DNA of 63,636 bases from Candidatus Omnitrophota bacterium (GCA_041667545.1 JBAYES010000005.1:1-63636), one strand, 5' to 3'; counted from the first letter of the stretch, positions 27,628 through 38,926 are shown. Program-made: numbers and translations. Notes: generated by a model not told the origin, from the letters alone.

Positions 27628-28446
27628 ATGCTGGACAGAAAAATCGAGGAGATCGAGCAGGACGAGCGTTTAAAAAAGAACTTATCGAAGATAAAGAACA
27701 AAGTGATAGTCATAAGCGGTAAAGGGGGAGTAGGGAAGACCACAATGGCGGTCAATTTAGCTTACAGCCTGGCTCTTAAGGGTAAGAAGACAGGAATACT
27801 GGATGTGGATATTCACGGACCGAATATAGCGAAGATGCTGGGAATAGAGAGTTCAAAATTAACGGCATCTGAAAACGGAATAGAGCCTGCGAAAGTTATG
27901 GATAATCTAAAAGCCATAAGTCTGGCGTTGATGATATCGGATAAAGACCAGCCGATAATATGGCGCGGACCGATGAAAATGATAACTATAAAACAGTTTC
28001 TATCGGATGTTGACTGGGGTGAACTTGACTACTTGATAATAGATTCCCCTCCCGGAACGGGCGATGAGCCGCTTAGTGTTTGCCAGCTTATTCCCGATAT
28101 CAACGGCGCGATCATCGTAACGACCCCGCAGGATGTAGCGGTCCTGGATTCCAGAAAATGCGTCGGGTTTGCCAGGCAGTTAAAGATACCGTCCGTAGGG
28201 ATAATCGAAAATATGAGCGGTTTTGTATGTCCGCATTGCGGGAAAGACGCGGATATTTTTGGAAAAGGCGGAGGGGAACAGGCGGCATTGGATATGGGAG
28301 TTGAGTTTCTGGGCAGGGTTTCGATAGATCTATTTATAGTCAAGTCCGCGGATGAAGGCAGGCCTTTTGTACATTTCAACAAGGAAACTGCCGCGGCCGG
28401 GGCGTTGGGAAGGATAATCGGAAAGATCGAGGAGTGGGCCAAGTGA
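27628..28446 (+). CDS. Mrp/NBP35/ApbC-family Fe-S cluster carrier ATPase
   Basis: Deviant Walker [11 protein letters not shown] and the CPHCG cluster-bridging motif. Confidence 0.85.
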   Translation: MLDRKIEEIEQDERLKKNLSKIKNKVIVISGKGGVGKTTMAVNLAYSLALKGKKTGILDVDIHGPNIAKMLGIESSKLTASENGIEPAKVMDNLKAISLALMISDKDQPIIWRGPMKMITIKQFLSDVDWGELDYLIIDSPPGTGDEPLSVCQLIPDINGAIIVTTPQDVAVLDSRKCVGFARQLKIPSVGIIENMSGFVCPHCGKDADIFGKGGGEQAALDMGVEFLGRVSIDLFIVKSADEGRPFVHFNKETAAAGALGRIIGKIEEWAK

Positions 28447-29333
28447 AGACTTATCTGGACTGTATTCCGTGTTTTTATAAACAGGCGCTTGACGCTTCGA
28501 GAAAAGCCGGAGCGAGCGAGAAGACCCAGAAAAGGATACTGGATGAAGTCGCGGCTGTAATGTCGAGACTTTCTTTAAAGGCATCGCCTCCTGAGATAGC
28601 AAAATATGTATATGCCTTGGTTAGTGAGTTTTCCGGGACAAAAGATCCTTATTCGCGCGAAAAAGTGCGGAGCAATGAACTTGCCCTTGCGTTTTACGGC
28701 AGGTTAAAAAGACGGATGGTTTCATCCGGGGATAGATTATTGCTGGCGGTGGAACTGGCTATCGCGGGAAACATAATTGACTACGGCGTAAAGAACACAC
28801 TGGATATTGACAGTGAGCTTGACACAATAATAAACACGGAAGATGAGGTCATAAAAAAGGAAAGAAAATCCGTGTTTGATTATCCCGGGTTCAAGCGCGC
28901 TTTACAAAAAACAAAGGATATTCTGTATTTAGCGGACAATGCCGGAGAAGTTGTTTTTGACCGCATCCTGATAGAGGAGATCAAAAACATGGATAAAGAT
29001 AAAAAAATAACTTATGTCGTTAAAGAAAGGCCCGTTATTAACGACGCGTTGATGGAGGACGCTGTTTTTTGCGGCATAGATAAGATAGCCGATCTGGTTT
29101 CAAGCGGGTCTGACGCTCCCGGAACGGTACTTTCTTTTTGCTCGGGCGAGTTTCTGGCCATGTACAAAAAGGCCGGAATGGTCATAAGCAAAGGTCAGGG
29201 AAATTTTGAGGCACTTTCAGGGACCGAAAGGCCTGTATTCTTTTTGTTCATGGCAAAATGTCCGGTAATTGCCAGGGATATCGGCTGCAAAATAGGAGAT
29301 GTTATTTTAAAACGCCATAAGGGAAAAAGATAA
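28434..29333 (+). CDS. DUF89 (ARMT1-like damage-control phosphatase) family protein
   Basis: N-terminal CIPCF motif and the length fit DUF89. The true start may be the GTG at 28443, which makes a GTGA overlap with the mrp stop. Confidence 0.6.
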   Translation: MGQVKTYLDCIPCFYKQALDASRKAGASEKTQKRILDEVAAVMSRLSLKASPPEIAKYVYALVSEFSGTKDPYSREKVRSNELALAFYGRLKRRMVSSGDRLLLAVELAIAGNIIDYGVKNTLDIDSELDTIINTEDEVIKKERKSVFDYPGFKRALQKTKDILYLADNAGEVVFDRILIEEIKNMDKDKKITYVVKERPVINDALMEDAVFCGIDKIADLVSSGSDAPGTVLSFCSGEFLAMYKKAGMVISKGQGNFEALSGTERPVFFLFMAKCPVIARDIGCKIGDVILKRHKGKR

Positions 29334-29347
29334 AGGGAGAGGGGATC

Positions 29348-29974
29348 ATGAAATACACCCCGGGATTAACGGATAGACAGATACAGGAAAATAACGATAT
29401 TTTTAATCAAAGACAGGATCTTTACAGGGCAAAAGGGCTGGATTTTCTGAAGTTCCGGAGGTTTATACTTGATAAATCGGGAACATTAACAGGAAACATT
29501 TTAGATGTCGGATCCGGGAGGGGAGTAATGGCTCTTGCCTTGGCGAGGGCGGGATATAGAGTCGTTTCTATAGACAAAAATGAGGAAATGCTGCTGACAA
29601 CAGCGCTGAACCTTGCCTATGAAAATCTACTTCCCTTGGCGGAACTTCATGTTATGGACGCGTATTCGCTTGAGTTTGCGGATGGCGGATTCGACAATAT
29701 TTTTATAGTGGAAGCATTACATCACATCGAGGATATTGACGGGTTTTTTTCAGAGATTGACCGGGTATTATCTTCCGGAGGAAAGCTCGTGGTCGCGGAT
29801 TTCAATAAGAAAGGAATGGAGATAGTGGATCTTGTTCACGGCAATGAAGGGAACAAACACGAAAATTCATTTGTGGGACAGGAGGAAGCGAAGATCTGGG
29901 TTGATCGCAACGGGTACAGGGTTAGAAGTTATGAGGATGAGTGTCATTGGGTTTTAATAGCTGATAAAAAGTAA
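29348..29974 (+). CDS. Class I SAM-dependent methyltransferase
   Basis: ILDVGSGRGVMALALA (motif I) and LVVADF. Confidence 0.75.
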   Translation: MKYTPGLTDRQIQENNDIFNQRQDLYRAKGLDFLKFRRFILDKSGTLTGNILDVGSGRGVMALALARAGYRVVSIDKNEEMLLTTALNLAYENLLPLAELHVMDAYSLEFADGGFDNIFIVEALHHIEDIDGFFSEIDRVLSSGGKLVVADFNKKGMEIVDLVHGNEGNKHENSFVGQEEAKIWVDRNGYRVRSYEDECHWVLIADKK

Positions 29975-30007
29975 AATATTTTGACCTTAATAAAGGCTTG
30001 GATCAAG

Positions 30008-30958
30008 ATGGAAGACATGGCGCGATTAATAGCGTTTGGACCGGTTCCCTCAAGAAGGTTAGGGCAGAGTTTGGGGATAAATAATATTCCGCCAAAGAGC
30101 TGTTCATATTCTTGTCTTTATTGTCAAGTTGGGCTAACCCGCGACATAACTACAGAGAGAAAAGAGTTCTATAGTGTTAATGATATTTTTTCTAAAGTGG
30201 AGGGAAAGATACGCGGAGCGAAACGTAAAGGGGAGGTAGTTGACTATCTTACTTTTGTCCCGGACGGAGAGCCCACTCTGGATATCAATCTTGGTCGAAC
30301 AATAACAATGCTCAAGCAGTTTGGGATAAAGATAGCTGTTATAACAAACGCTTCTTTGCTGTGGAAAAGTTCTGTCAGGGATTATCTGTGCCTATCTGAT
30401 TGGGTCTCTGTGAAGATCGATGCTGTCAGCGAATATTTGTGGCGAAAGATCAACCGGCCTCACAGATCCCTGGAACTTGATAAGGTATTGATGGGAATAT
30501 CGGAATTTTCAGATGTTTTTAAAGGAGAACTGGCAACGGAAACTATGTTGGTTCAGGATGTGAATGATAGCGATGAAGAGATCAAAAAGATCGCGGAATT
30601 TATATCTAAATTAAGATCCTCGACAAGTTATATCGGCATTCCCACCCGTCCCCCGGCGGGAAAAGACGTAAAAGCTCCGGGAGGGGATACGGTCAACAGG
30701 GCGTACCAGCTTTTCAGGGAGCGGGAGATAAATGTTGAATATCTCATAGGATACGAGGGGAACTCTTTTGCTTTTACCGGAGATGTTGAACAAGATCTCT
30801 TGAGTATTACAGCGGTGCATCCGATGAAAGAGGAGGCGGTAGGAAGATTTTTACTCAAAGCCGACGCGAATTGGGAGATCGTGGAAGGTCTAATAGAGTC
30901 TGGAAAACTAATGAAAGCGCGGTATAGAAATCAGAATTTTTATATGAGGAAAATATGA
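30008..30958 (+). CDS. Radical SAM protein
   Basis: CSYSCLYCQ (CxxxCxxC) near the N-terminus. The ORF opens at 29981, but the first ATG is at 30008. Confidence 0.75.
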   Translation: MEDMARLIAFGPVPSRRLGQSLGINNIPPKSCSYSCLYCQVGLTRDITTERKEFYSVNDIFSKVEGKIRGAKRKGEVVDYLTFVPDGEPTLDINLGRTITMLKQFGIKIAVITNASLLWKSSVRDYLCLSDWVSVKIDAVSEYLWRKINRPHRSLELDKVLMGISEFSDVFKGELATETMLVQDVNDSDEEIKKIAEFISKLRSSTSYIGIPTRPPAGKDVKAPGGDTVNRAYQLFREREINVEYLIGYEGNSFAFTGDVEQDLLSITAVHPMKEEAVGRFLLKADANWEIVEGLIESGKLMKARYRNQNFYMRKI

Positions 30959-31072
30959 AAATTACCGGGACCCGACCTTATGATAAAGATGGGCTTAAGG
31001 CTGATGCTGTAAAATTTTTACAAAAAAATATTATCTGAGACAGATAAAAACAGGCGAAGGCAAGGGGAGAAA

Positions 31073-32947
31073 ATGATGAACATAGTGATTTCAAGCGGAA
31101 AAGGCGGGACGGGGAAAACCTTTATCTCAACCAATATCGCGTATGTACTTGCAAAAAAAGGCGAAAAAGTGAGGTATCTTGATTGTGATGTGGAGGAACC
31201 GAACGGGCATCTTTTCCTTAAACCCGAGATAACTAAAGAGGAAGATGTTGTTCTTATAGCCCCCTCCGGAGTTGATGAAGAAAAATGCATAAAATGCGGA
31301 AAGTGCGCAGAGGCATGTAATTATAACGCCATAGCTGTTATTAATGGCAAAGTTCTGTTCTTTAACGAGCTATGCCACATATGCGGAGGTTGTAAAATAG
31401 TATGTCCCGTTAACGCTATTGTTGAAAAAGACCGTAAAATAGGGGTTATAAGGCACGGTAAAAGCGGAAAGATAGATTTTCATTACGCGCTTTTAAAAAC
31501 AGCCGAAGGGGGGATGTCGCCACGGCTTGTGAAAAAGGTAAAAGAGTGCGCCGGGGAAGGGATAAATATCCTTGATTCTTCTCCGGGAACGGCTTGTCCG
31601 GTCGTGGAAACGGTAAAAGACGCGGATCTTTGTGTTCTGGTCACCGATCCGACACCTTTTGGGATAAACGACCTTAAGCTGGCGGTGAATATGGCCAGAG
31701 AGATAGGGAAGGAGCCGGTAATTGTGGTGAACAGGGCGGAATACTACAATAATGACCTGAAAGACTATTGCGAAAAAGAGCAGCTGGAAATAATCGGGGA
31801 GATCCCTGACGACAGGAAGATAGCAGAAATATATTCCGTGGGCGACATTGTCACGGAAAAATTGCCGGAATATGAGAAGGTCTTTGAAGAAATGGTTTCC
31901 AGGATCATAGAACGCGCCGGGGCAAAAATACCGGTGAAAAAAAATAAAACAATTGAAGACGCGACCGAAAGACCCAAGCAGGATCCAGAGAGAGCGGAAA
32001 AATATAAAATACCCGAAGGGGGAGTTAAATCCAAAGAACTGGTTGTAATAAGCGGCAAGGGAGGGACGGGGAAAACGTCTATTTTGGCCTGTTTCGCGTC
32101 TTTGAGCAAGAATGCCGTTATTTCGGATTGCGATGTTGACGCGGCTGATCTTCACCTCATTCTTAGCCCCGAGATATTGCAAAGAGGGGATTTTAGCGGA
32201 GGCCTGAAAGTCGAGATAATCGGGAATAAGTGTACCGGATGCGGAAAATGTAAAGAGGCCTGCCGATTTTCGGCTATAAGAGAGAAAATGGAGGGGGGGA
32301 ACAGGAGATTTTTTATTGATCCGGTCGCCTGCGAAGGATGCGGGGTATGTTCCCTTGTATGTGAAGATAATGCCATAAAAACAGACGACGCTGTTAACGG
32401 AGAATGGTTTATTTCAGAAACTCGTTTCGGACCGATGAGCCACGCGAAACTTGGTGTTGCCGAAGAGAATTCGGGAAGACTTGTAACTTTGGTGAGGGAT
32501 AAAGCGGCCTTGCTTGGCCATGAATTTAAAAGGGACAAGGGATTGATAGACGGATCGCCGGGGACGGGGTGTCCCGTAATAGCTTCTTTGACAGGATCGG
32601 ACTACGCTCTCATAGTTACCGAACCAACTGTTTCAGGAGAACATGACATGAAACGTGTTTTGGAACTGACAAAACATTTCGGGATACCTTCCGGGGTCGT
32701 AGTAAATAAATATGATCTCAATCCGGGGATGACCGATAAGATAAAAATCGTAAGCGGGGAATATAATGCCGAATTTATCGGGGTTATTCCTTATGACAAG
32801 GTAGTTACAGAGGCTCAGATGAAAAAACTGTCGGTTGTTGAGTTCTCAAAAGGGCCTGTAACGGAAAGTATAGAAAAAATATGGATGAAGGTATCTGAAA
32901 TTTTTAAAGAACGGCAACCGGGAAGAGGCGCAAATGAACGATCATAA
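31073..32947 (+). CDS. Tandem MinD/ParA-type P-loop ATPase, with 4Fe-4S ferredoxin inserts in both halves
   Basis: [10 protein letters not shown] and [33 protein letters not shown] and [22 protein letters not shown]. Confidence 0.8.
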   Translation: MMNIVISSGKGGTGKTFISTNIAYVLAKKGEKVRYLDCDVEEPNGHLFLKPEITKEEDVVLIAPSGVDEEKCIKCGKCAEACNYNAIAVINGKVLFFNELCHICGGCKIVCPVNAIVEKDRKIGVIRHGKSGKIDFHYALLKTAEGGMSPRLVKKVKECAGEGINILDSSPGTACPVVETVKDADLCVLVTDPTPFGINDLKLAVNMAREIGKEPVIVVNRAEYYNNDLKDYCEKEQLEIIGEIPDDRKIAEIYSVGDIVTEKLPEYEKVFEEMVSRIIERAGAKIPVKKNKTIEDATERPKQDPERAEKYKIPEGGVKSKELVVISGKGGTGKTSILACFASLSKNAVISDCDVDAADLHLILSPEILQRGDFSGGLKVEIIGNKCTGCGKCKEACRFSAIREKMEGGNRRFFIDPVACEGCGVCSLVCEDNAIKTDDAVNGEWFISETRFGPMSHAKLGVAEENSGRLVTLVRDKAALLGHEFKRDKGLIDGSPGTGCPVIASLTGSDYALIVTEPTVSGEHDMKRVLELTKHFGIPSGVVVNKYDLNPGMTDKIKIVSGEYNAEFIGVIPYDKVVTEAQMKKLSVVEFSKGPVTESIEKIWMKVSEIFKERQPGRGANERS

Positions 32948-33260
32948 AACGATAAATGAGGCAAGAATGATTTTGGGTCTTGGTGAAAGCGCGACGATCC
33001 CCGAAATAAAAGAGGCCTATAGAAAATTGTCCTTGAAATACCATCCGGACAAATGCAAGGAAAAAGACAAAAAAAAGTATGAAGAAAAGTTCAAAGCATT
33101 GAATGCCGCTAATGAAATTCTGGTGGAATATTGCTTGAACTACAAATTTTCGTTTAAAGAAGCGTATGGCAGGGAGGGCCGGAAAGGCGGACAGATGAGT
33201 GACCATTTAAAAAGGTTTTATGACGGATGGTGGGGTGACATAGGAGAGGGAAGAGAATGA
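32934..33260 (+). CDS. J-domain (DnaJ-like) protein
   Basis: [28 protein letters not shown] contains the HPD tripeptide. Confidence 0.8.
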   Translation: MNDHKTINEARMILGLGESATIPEIKEAYRKLSLKYHPDKCKEKDKKKYEEKFKALNAANEILVEYCLNYKFSFKEAYGREGRKGGQMSDHLKRFYDGWWGDIGEGRE

Positions 33261-33940
33261 AGGACATCTTTGGAAAACATTCCCGGAGGTACGACGCGTG
33301 GTATGAAAACAACAAATTCGCGTATTTATCAGAGCTCGAAGCTATAAAGAGGTTTTTGCCGAAAACGGGAAAGGGTCTGGAAATAGGCGTTGGAACGGGA
33401 AGATTTGCCGGTCCCTTAGGGATAAAATGGGGGATAGATCCTTCGGAAAAAGTTTTGAAAATAGCCCGGGAAAGAGGGGTGCGTGTGCGGAAAAGTCATG
33501 GGGAAAAGTTGCCCTTCAGGAACAATACTTTTGATCATGTGGTTTCTATCGTTACCTTAAGTTTTGTAAGATCTCCCGCAAGGGTAATTCAAGAAGCGGA
33601 ACGAGTTCTAAAGAGAAACGGAAAAATTATCATAGGGATAGTCCCGCGGGAAAGTTTTCTCGGGAAAAATTACCTGAAAAAACGGGGACTGTTCTACAAG
33701 GCAGCGAACTTATTGACACCCGAAGAGGTTAAAGATTTTTTGAAGGCATCCGGGTTCGAGGATATTTCGTTTTGTCAAACCATTTTCGTTTTACCGTCTA
33801 AAATGAGATCGGTCCATAAGGTTTCGGAAGGTTATGCGAGAGGCGGTTTTGTAGTGATACGAGCGAAAAAACACGACAAGGGTCAAAAAACATCTAGCGA
33901 CGATCTCTATAGGAGGGAAAAGCATGAAAGACCTGATTAA
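33257..33940 (+). CDS. Class I SAM-dependent methyltransferase (second)
   Basis: [11 protein letters not shown] motif I. ATGA overlap with the J-domain gene. Confidence 0.7.
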   Translation: MKDIFGKHSRRYDAWYENNKFAYLSELEAIKRFLPKTGKGLEIGVGTGRFAGPLGIKWGIDPSEKVLKIARERGVRVRKSHGEKLPFRNNTFDHVVSIVTLSFVRSPARVIQEAERVLKRNGKIIIGIVPRESFLGKNYLKKRGLFYKAANLLTPEEVKDFLKASGFEDISFCQTIFVLPSKMRSVHKVSEGYARGGFVVIRAKKHDKGQKTSSDDLYRREKHERPD

Positions 33941-34307
33941 TGATTTTTTGAAACAGAAAAGTTTTGCTGTTGTGGGGTCATTTAGGAGTGAGAGCAAATA
34001 CGCTTATAAGATCTTAAAGGATCTGGTAAAAAAGGGACACGAGGTTTTCCCCGTTAACCCCAATTTAAGCGAAGTGGAGGGGAGAAAGTGTTATAAAAAA
34101 CTGTCAGATATACCTTCTAAGGTCGATGTTGTTGATATTGTTACCCCGCCGCCTGTTACCGGGAAAATAGTAAGGGAATGCCTGGAAAACTCCATTAAAA
34201 GAGTGTGGCTTCAGCCCGGGGCTGAAAGCGAGGATGCAATAAGGTTCTGCCGCGATAATGGCATAGACGTGATTTACGGGATATGTCTGATGTTAGAGAG
34301 TGAATAG
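33924..34307 (+). CDS. CoA-binding domain protein (YccU/YneT-like)
   Basis: 127 aa with FAVVGSFR...KYAYKI...VFPVNP...VDIVTPP, the typical CoA_binding_2 pattern. Confidence 0.7.
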   Translation: MKDLINDFLKQKSFAVVGSFRSESKYAYKILKDLVKKGHEVFPVNPNLSEVEGRKCYKKLSDIPSKVDVVDIVTPPPVTGKIVRECLENSIKRVWLQPGAESEDAIRFCRDNGIDVIYGICLMLESE

Positions 34308-34368
34308 AGGGCAGGATCCGCCCTGCTCTCCGGATATCTGGATATCCTCCTCAAAGGATGCGAAAAAG

Positions 34369-35286
34369 ATGCTTATTTTTAACGCGAAAACCGGTATAGC
34401 TGAAGATGTAGAACCTGTAGTAAGGCCTGAGGCTGAATGGAAAAAGATACTTACCCCGGAACAGTACCGCGTTACCCGCAAAAAGGGGACAGAGGCGCCA
34501 TTTACAGGTAAATGTGAAAAAGCCCGGAGCGGAGGAATATACAAGTGTATTGCCTGCGGGACTGACCTTTTTAGAGCAAGAGCAAAATTTGAATCCGGCA
34601 CAGGATGGCCCAGTTTCGGGGAACCTGTTTCCGAAATGAATATAGTGGAACAACCTGATAACAGCTTGGGAATGAGCCGCATAGAAGTTATGTGCGCCCG
34701 ATGCGGCGCTCACATGGGACATGTGTTCAGCGACGGGCCTTTTCCCGCAAAGAGGCGATATTGCATAAACTCAGTAGCGGTAAAGTTTGTTCCGGAAGAT
34801 AGCGATAAAAATAAAAGAGAACCGGCCATTTTTGCCGCGGGATGCTTTTGGGGAGTGGAAGAGACTTTCAGGACCATTAAAGGCGTTGTCTCAACAATAG
34901 CGGGATATGCGGGCGGGAAAACTGCCGGACCGACATATGAGGAAGTCTGTACGGGCGGGACGGGACATGCCGAGGCCGTGAAAATAGAATATGATCCTTT
35001 ATTGATATCCTATGATGATCTGCTCGATGTGTTTTGGCGAATGCATGATCCGACAACTCCGGACCGCCAGGGCCCGGACAGAGGGACGCAGTACCGCTCA
35101 GCTATTTTCTGCGCCAATGAAGAGCAGAAAGACGCGGCTATAGCGTCGAAAGAAAAACTTGCAAGATCGGGGCTATACAAGCACCCTATAGTAACCGGGA
35201 TAACCTTGTCCTCAGAGTTTTATCCGGCCGAAGAATATCACCAAAAATATTACATGAAGCGCGGCATTGAAGGCTGTTCACGTTAA
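34369..35286 (+). CDS. msrBA: Bifunctional methionine sulfoxide reductase MsrB-MsrA fusion
   Basis: MsrB motifs: YKCIACGTDLF, GWPSF, CARCGAHMGHVF. MsrA motifs: AGCFWGVE, GHAEAV. Start set at the ATG behind AAGGA; the ORF opens at the GTG at 34300. Confidence 0.85.
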   Translation: MLIFNAKTGIAEDVEPVVRPEAEWKKILTPEQYRVTRKKGTEAPFTGKCEKARSGGIYKCIACGTDLFRARAKFESGTGWPSFGEPVSEMNIVEQPDNSLGMSRIEVMCARCGAHMGHVFSDGPFPAKRRYCINSVAVKFVPEDSDKNKREPAIFAAGCFWGVEETFRTIKGVVSTIAGYAGGKTAGPTYEEVCTGGTGHAEAVKIEYDPLLISYDDLLDVFWRMHDPTTPDRQGPDRGTQYRSAIFCANEEQKDAAIASKEKLARSGLYKHPIVTGITLSSEFYPAEEYHQKYYMKRGIEGCSR

Positions 35287-35307
35287 GCTGCCCGGTATAT
35301 TTTCTCC

Positions 35308-35424
35308 GGGCCGAAGCAATCCCTCTCCGAAATATTTTCATATTTTGAGATCACTTCGTCGCCCCCTTCGGGGGCTCCTCGTGACGACGGCGTAGGATTC
35401 TACTGCAGAAGACTGAAATGTTAC
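35308..35424. mobile_element. Half copy of the type-A MITE-like element (inverted orientation)
   Basis: ...GAGATCACTTCGTCGCCCCCTTCGGGGGCTCCTCGTGACGACGG...GACTGAAATGTTAC is the reverse complement of the left arm of the 11666 and 15915 copies. Confidence 0.7.
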
Positions 35425-35553
35425 GAATGGTCTAAGCTTTGAAATATTAAATATTAAGACTTGACCCCTAAAATTTCGGGGAGGGTAGTGTATACTCATA
35501 TGATATTTTTAGGGTATAATGTGGATGAAATTTTTTTTGGGAGATAATAGAAA

Positions 35554-36417
35554 ATGAAGGGTTTAACAATATTGTCGATATTCTGTTTGCTTGCGGCGGG
35601 CCTTTTTGTTCCTGTAGCGGGATGCGATGAAAAGAATGATACGGCAAGTATTTTTTCAGTGTCCGGAGATGTAAAAGTAATAAGAATGGGCAGTAATATC
35701 GGCCTCCAATGCGAAGAAGGGATGAACATAAAACCCGGAGACTGGATAAAGACCGGCGAGGGTTCTTCCGCTACGCTTTCCTTCGATAATAGCGCGGACA
35801 ATATCATAAAAGTCCAGGAGAACAGCCTCGTTGTTATGAAACTCGACGGATATTTTAAGGTACAGCTTCTGGACGGTAAAATAAACGCTATTCTTGAGAG
35901 TGTTCAGCAGGAAGAAACTTTCAGAGTCCTGACCCCCTCGGTAGTTACCGAATCCACAAATTCAGGATGGGCGCTTTCCGCGGATGGGAATTATTCCACC
36001 GTTGTTGTTGTGGACGGAGAAGCTTATGTGTGCGGTATCAACGAGGACGGGTCGATAAGAAAGTCCAAATTTGCCGTTCAGGAAGGGTATGGACGAACCA
36101 CGAAAATGTATCAGGACCCGGCGGATCTTACGGCGGCGCCTGAAAGCGTAATGAAATGGTTCAAGGACCAGGTTCTTGAACATCACCTTGCTAAGGTCAT
36201 GGCGAAAAAGGCCGAAGAAAAGGGAGTGCCTCTGGCAAGAGAGTCCGAAAGGCAGGAACCGGAGGATGCCCCGGAAGAGTTCCAGCCCAAGGTCAAGCAA
36301 AGAAGCGAGAGAAGAGAAGGCACAAAGGGAAAGAACGTTGCTATCATAGACGGAGAAGAGGTAAGCCTTTTGGAATATATTTACCGCAAAAGGTTGGAGC
36401 AAGAGGAAGGCCGGTGA
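35554..36417 (+). CDS. FecR-domain lipoprotein
   Basis: Lipobox LFVPVAGC. GDVKVIR...IKPGDWIKTGEGSSATLSF is FecR-like. Charged C-terminal tail. Confidence 0.6.
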   Translation: MKGLTILSIFCLLAAGLFVPVAGCDEKNDTASIFSVSGDVKVIRMGSNIGLQCEEGMNIKPGDWIKTGEGSSATLSFDNSADNIIKVQENSLVVMKLDGYFKVQLLDGKINAILESVQQEETFRVLTPSVVTESTNSGWALSADGNYSTVVVVDGEAYVCGINEDGSIRKSKFAVQEGYGRTTKMYQDPADLTAAPESVMKWFKDQVLEHHLAKVMAKKAEEKGVPLARESERQEPEDAPEEFQPKVKQRSERREGTKGKNVAIIDGEEVSLLEYIYRKRLEQEEGR

Positions 36418-36456
36418 TAAAGGCTGCACAGAAAGGTTTTTTATGAGGCAAGAAAG

Positions 36457-37860
36457 ATGAAAAATACAAGTATCAGGCTAAAACTGTTCCTTACGACCAT
36501 GTCGATCCTTGTTCTGACCGTAATGATAACTTCCTACGTTAATGTAATAAATTTCAGGTTCATGTACAGAGAAGCTTTGCTTGAAAGGGCGAGAGCCGAT
36601 GCCCATGATATAAGGAAAGGAATAGAACAAAGCCTTAATTATTTTCATCTTGATAATTTTTCGGATATGACGGCTTTTTTGAACCGCCACCTTAACGAAA
36701 ATTTCAGTTACGCATATGTGGCTGACAATGACCTGAAAATATTGTACCACACAGATCCCGGTGAAGTCGGCGTTGACCTGAAAGACGAGACTTACTCCGG
36801 ACTGGATCTGGAGAGCGGGGCTAAAAGTAACATCGTGGCTACGGGAACGTTCTATGAGATGGTCATACCTGTGATAAAGGATTTCGAAGTGATAGGGACC
36901 ATACATATAGGGATAGAGAACGACATTGTAGATTCTAAAGTAAGAACAATGATAATCCAAAACGGCGCCATACTCCTTCTGGCTATATTTTTGTCCATAT
37001 TCGCCCTATATGCCCTTCTGGAGAGAAATATTACAGCTCCCATTACCCGGCTTGCCGGAAAAGTGAAAGATATAAGCGAGAAATTCGATCTCGGAATGCG
37101 CGTAAACAACCGGGAAAAAGGCGATGAGATAAAAAAGTTCGAGTTGATGTTCGATACCATGGCGGAAGAGATAAGGATGAAGACCGCGAGCCTCGAACAG
37201 GATATAAAGAGGCGGGAAGAAGCGGAAATGAAATTAAAAAAGAGTTATAAGGAATTAAGCGTAACTTTCGAAGGAAGTATAAGGTCCCTGGCGACCGCGA
37301 TAGAAAGCAGAGATCCTTACACCGCGGGGCATCAGCAGAGAGTGGCGGAACTTGCTTGCGCTATTGCCGGAGAAATGAAATTGTCGGAATCGAAAATAAG
37401 AGAGATATATTTTTCAGCCATGAGCCACGATATAGGAAAAATAGGCGTTCCCAGCGTTATTCTGACAAAAAAAAGCCAGCTCACCGGGGAAGAATACGAA
37501 ATAATAAAAACCCATCCGCAGATAGGGCACGACATATTGAAAGAGATAGAGTTTCCATGGCCGATATCGACTATTGTCCGGCAGCATCACGAGAGGCTGG
37601 ATGGATCGGGATATCCCCTCGGGATAAAGGGGGATGATATACTTTTGGAATCGAGGATAGTGGCGGTAGCTGATGTTGTTGAGGCTATTACTTCGGAGAG
37701 GCCCTATCGCGCGGCTATGGGTAAAGATGTCGCCATGAAAGAGATCTTTGATTTCAGGGGAATAAAATATGACGCTTCGGTAGTAGATATATGTTTGGAT
37801 CTTTTCCGGAATAAGAATTTTGAGTTCAAGAACGAACGAAAAATATCGGCTTCCGAATAG
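36457..37860 (+). CDS. Membrane-anchored sensor with a HAMP-like linker and HD-GYP domain (putative c-di-GMP phosphodiesterase)
   Basis: Two TM segments flank an extracytoplasmic region. HD...HHERLDGSGYP in the C-terminal domain. Confidence 0.8.
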   Translation: MKNTSIRLKLFLTTMSILVLTVMITSYVNVINFRFMYREALLERARADAHDIRKGIEQSLNYFHLDNFSDMTAFLNRHLNENFSYAYVADNDLKILYHTDPGEVGVDLKDETYSGLDLESGAKSNIVATGTFYEMVIPVIKDFEVIGTIHIGIENDIVDSKVRTMIIQNGAILLLAIFLSIFALYALLERNITAPITRLAGKVKDISEKFDLGMRVNNREKGDEIKKFELMFDTMAEEIRMKTASLEQDIKRREEAEMKLKKSYKELSVTFEGSIRSLATAIESRDPYTAGHQQRVAELACAIAGEMKLSESKIREIYFSAMSHDIGKIGVPSVILTKKSQLTGEEYEIIKTHPQIGHDILKEIEFPWPISTIVRQHHERLDGSGYPLGIKGDDILLESRIVAVADVVEAITSERPYRAAMGKDVAMKEIFDFRGIKYDASVVDICLDLFRNKNFEFKNERKISASE

Positions 37861-37937
37861 TCTTATATTTTCAGATATTCCGCGGCGGGATCGCGGCGAT
37901 CGACGGAAAGAATTTCAGGCGCGCGTATTTTACCACT

Positions 37938-38777
37938 TTGAAAAAAGGAAGGACAGCGGTGAAGTTCAGAAGCTGGATGTCCCGGGAACCCCGAGGGGCT
38001 ATAGTCCTCATACATGGAATGGGCGCGGGCACGGAAAGGTGGGAAAGCCTCGCGCGGTATTTTCTGGCAAAGAATATCTCTTCCTATGCTCTTTCCCTTC
38101 AAGGTTTTGACGGGACTCCCGGCGAGAAAGGGTATGTGGATAGTTTTGAAACTTACCATGCCGATATAAAAGAACTTTTTGATGCCGCGAGGCGGGATGT
38201 TCCGGAAGGGCGCATATTTCTTCTCGGGGAAAGCATGGGAGCCGTTATTGCCTTTGATATCGCTTCCCGGCTTCGCTGTCATTTTGACGGATACATACTT
38301 ATTTCTCCGGCTTTCGGCAGTAAACTGAAGTTTTCCCCGATCACATATCTCGAGATCATGATATCTATGGCGGTTTTCCCCAGAAAACAGTTCCGCATGC
38401 CTTTTACCCCGCAAATGTGCACGAGCGACAGCGATGAATCTGATAAAATAAATAAGGATCCCGCGGAACACCGGTATGCCACCGGCCGTTTGCTTTGGGA
38501 AATATTCAAAAGACAGGTTACGGCCCCGATATCGGCGCGAAAAATAGATTCAAAGATTCTTTTTCTTTTATCCATGAACGATGAAATAGCCGACCCCAAA
38601 AAAAGCATTCAAATATTCAAGAAGATCAAAAGTGCCGATAAGACCATTAAGACGTATCCCGGAATGAGGCATGCCCTCTCGGTGGAAGCTGGCAGGGAAA
38701 AGGTTTTTGAGGACATATTAGAGTTCTGCGAAATGGACTTTTATTCCGTCGTTGCGAGGAACGAACGAAGTGAGTGA
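37938..38777 (+). CDS. Alpha/beta hydrolase (lysophospholipase / monoacylglycerol lipase-like) with a MITE-encoded C-terminal tail
   Basis: HGMGAG, nucleophile elbow GESMG, late HA. The last ~19 codons (...[19 protein letters not shown]) are read from the type-B element starting at 38719. Start codon uncertain (TTG at 37938, ATG at 37977). Confidence 0.7.
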   Translation: MKKGRTAVKFRSWMSREPRGAIVLIHGMGAGTERWESLARYFLAKNISSYALSLQGFDGTPGEKGYVDSFETYHADIKELFDAARRDVPEGRIFLLGESMGAVIAFDIASRLRCHFDGYILISPAFGSKLKFSPITYLEIMISMAVFPRKQFRMPFTPQMCTSDSDESDKINKDPAEHRYATGRLLWEIFKRQVTAPISARKIDSKILFLLSMNDEIADPKKSIQIFKKIKSADKTIKTYPGMRHALSVEAGREKVFEDILEFCEMDFYSVVARNERSE

Positions 38778-38871
38778 CGAAGTAATCTCAATAAATACAA
38801 TAAGTTATAAGGTTGCTTCGGTCGCTTCGCTTCCTCGCAATGACTTGCAAACTCTATTTCGCAGAACTCTA
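38719..38871. mobile_element. Type-B MITE-like element at the 3-prime end of the hydrolase gene
   Basis: Perfect symmetric termini TAGAGTTCTGCGAAAT / ATTTCGCAGAACTCTA. Only a degenerate flank similarity (TGAGGACATAT versus TGAGACGTATAT). Confidence 0.8.
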
Positions 38872-38926
38872 TGAGACGTATATGAGTGGAGGGAGTGGGG
38901 TAAGAGGTAAGGGGTAAGGGGGGAGT

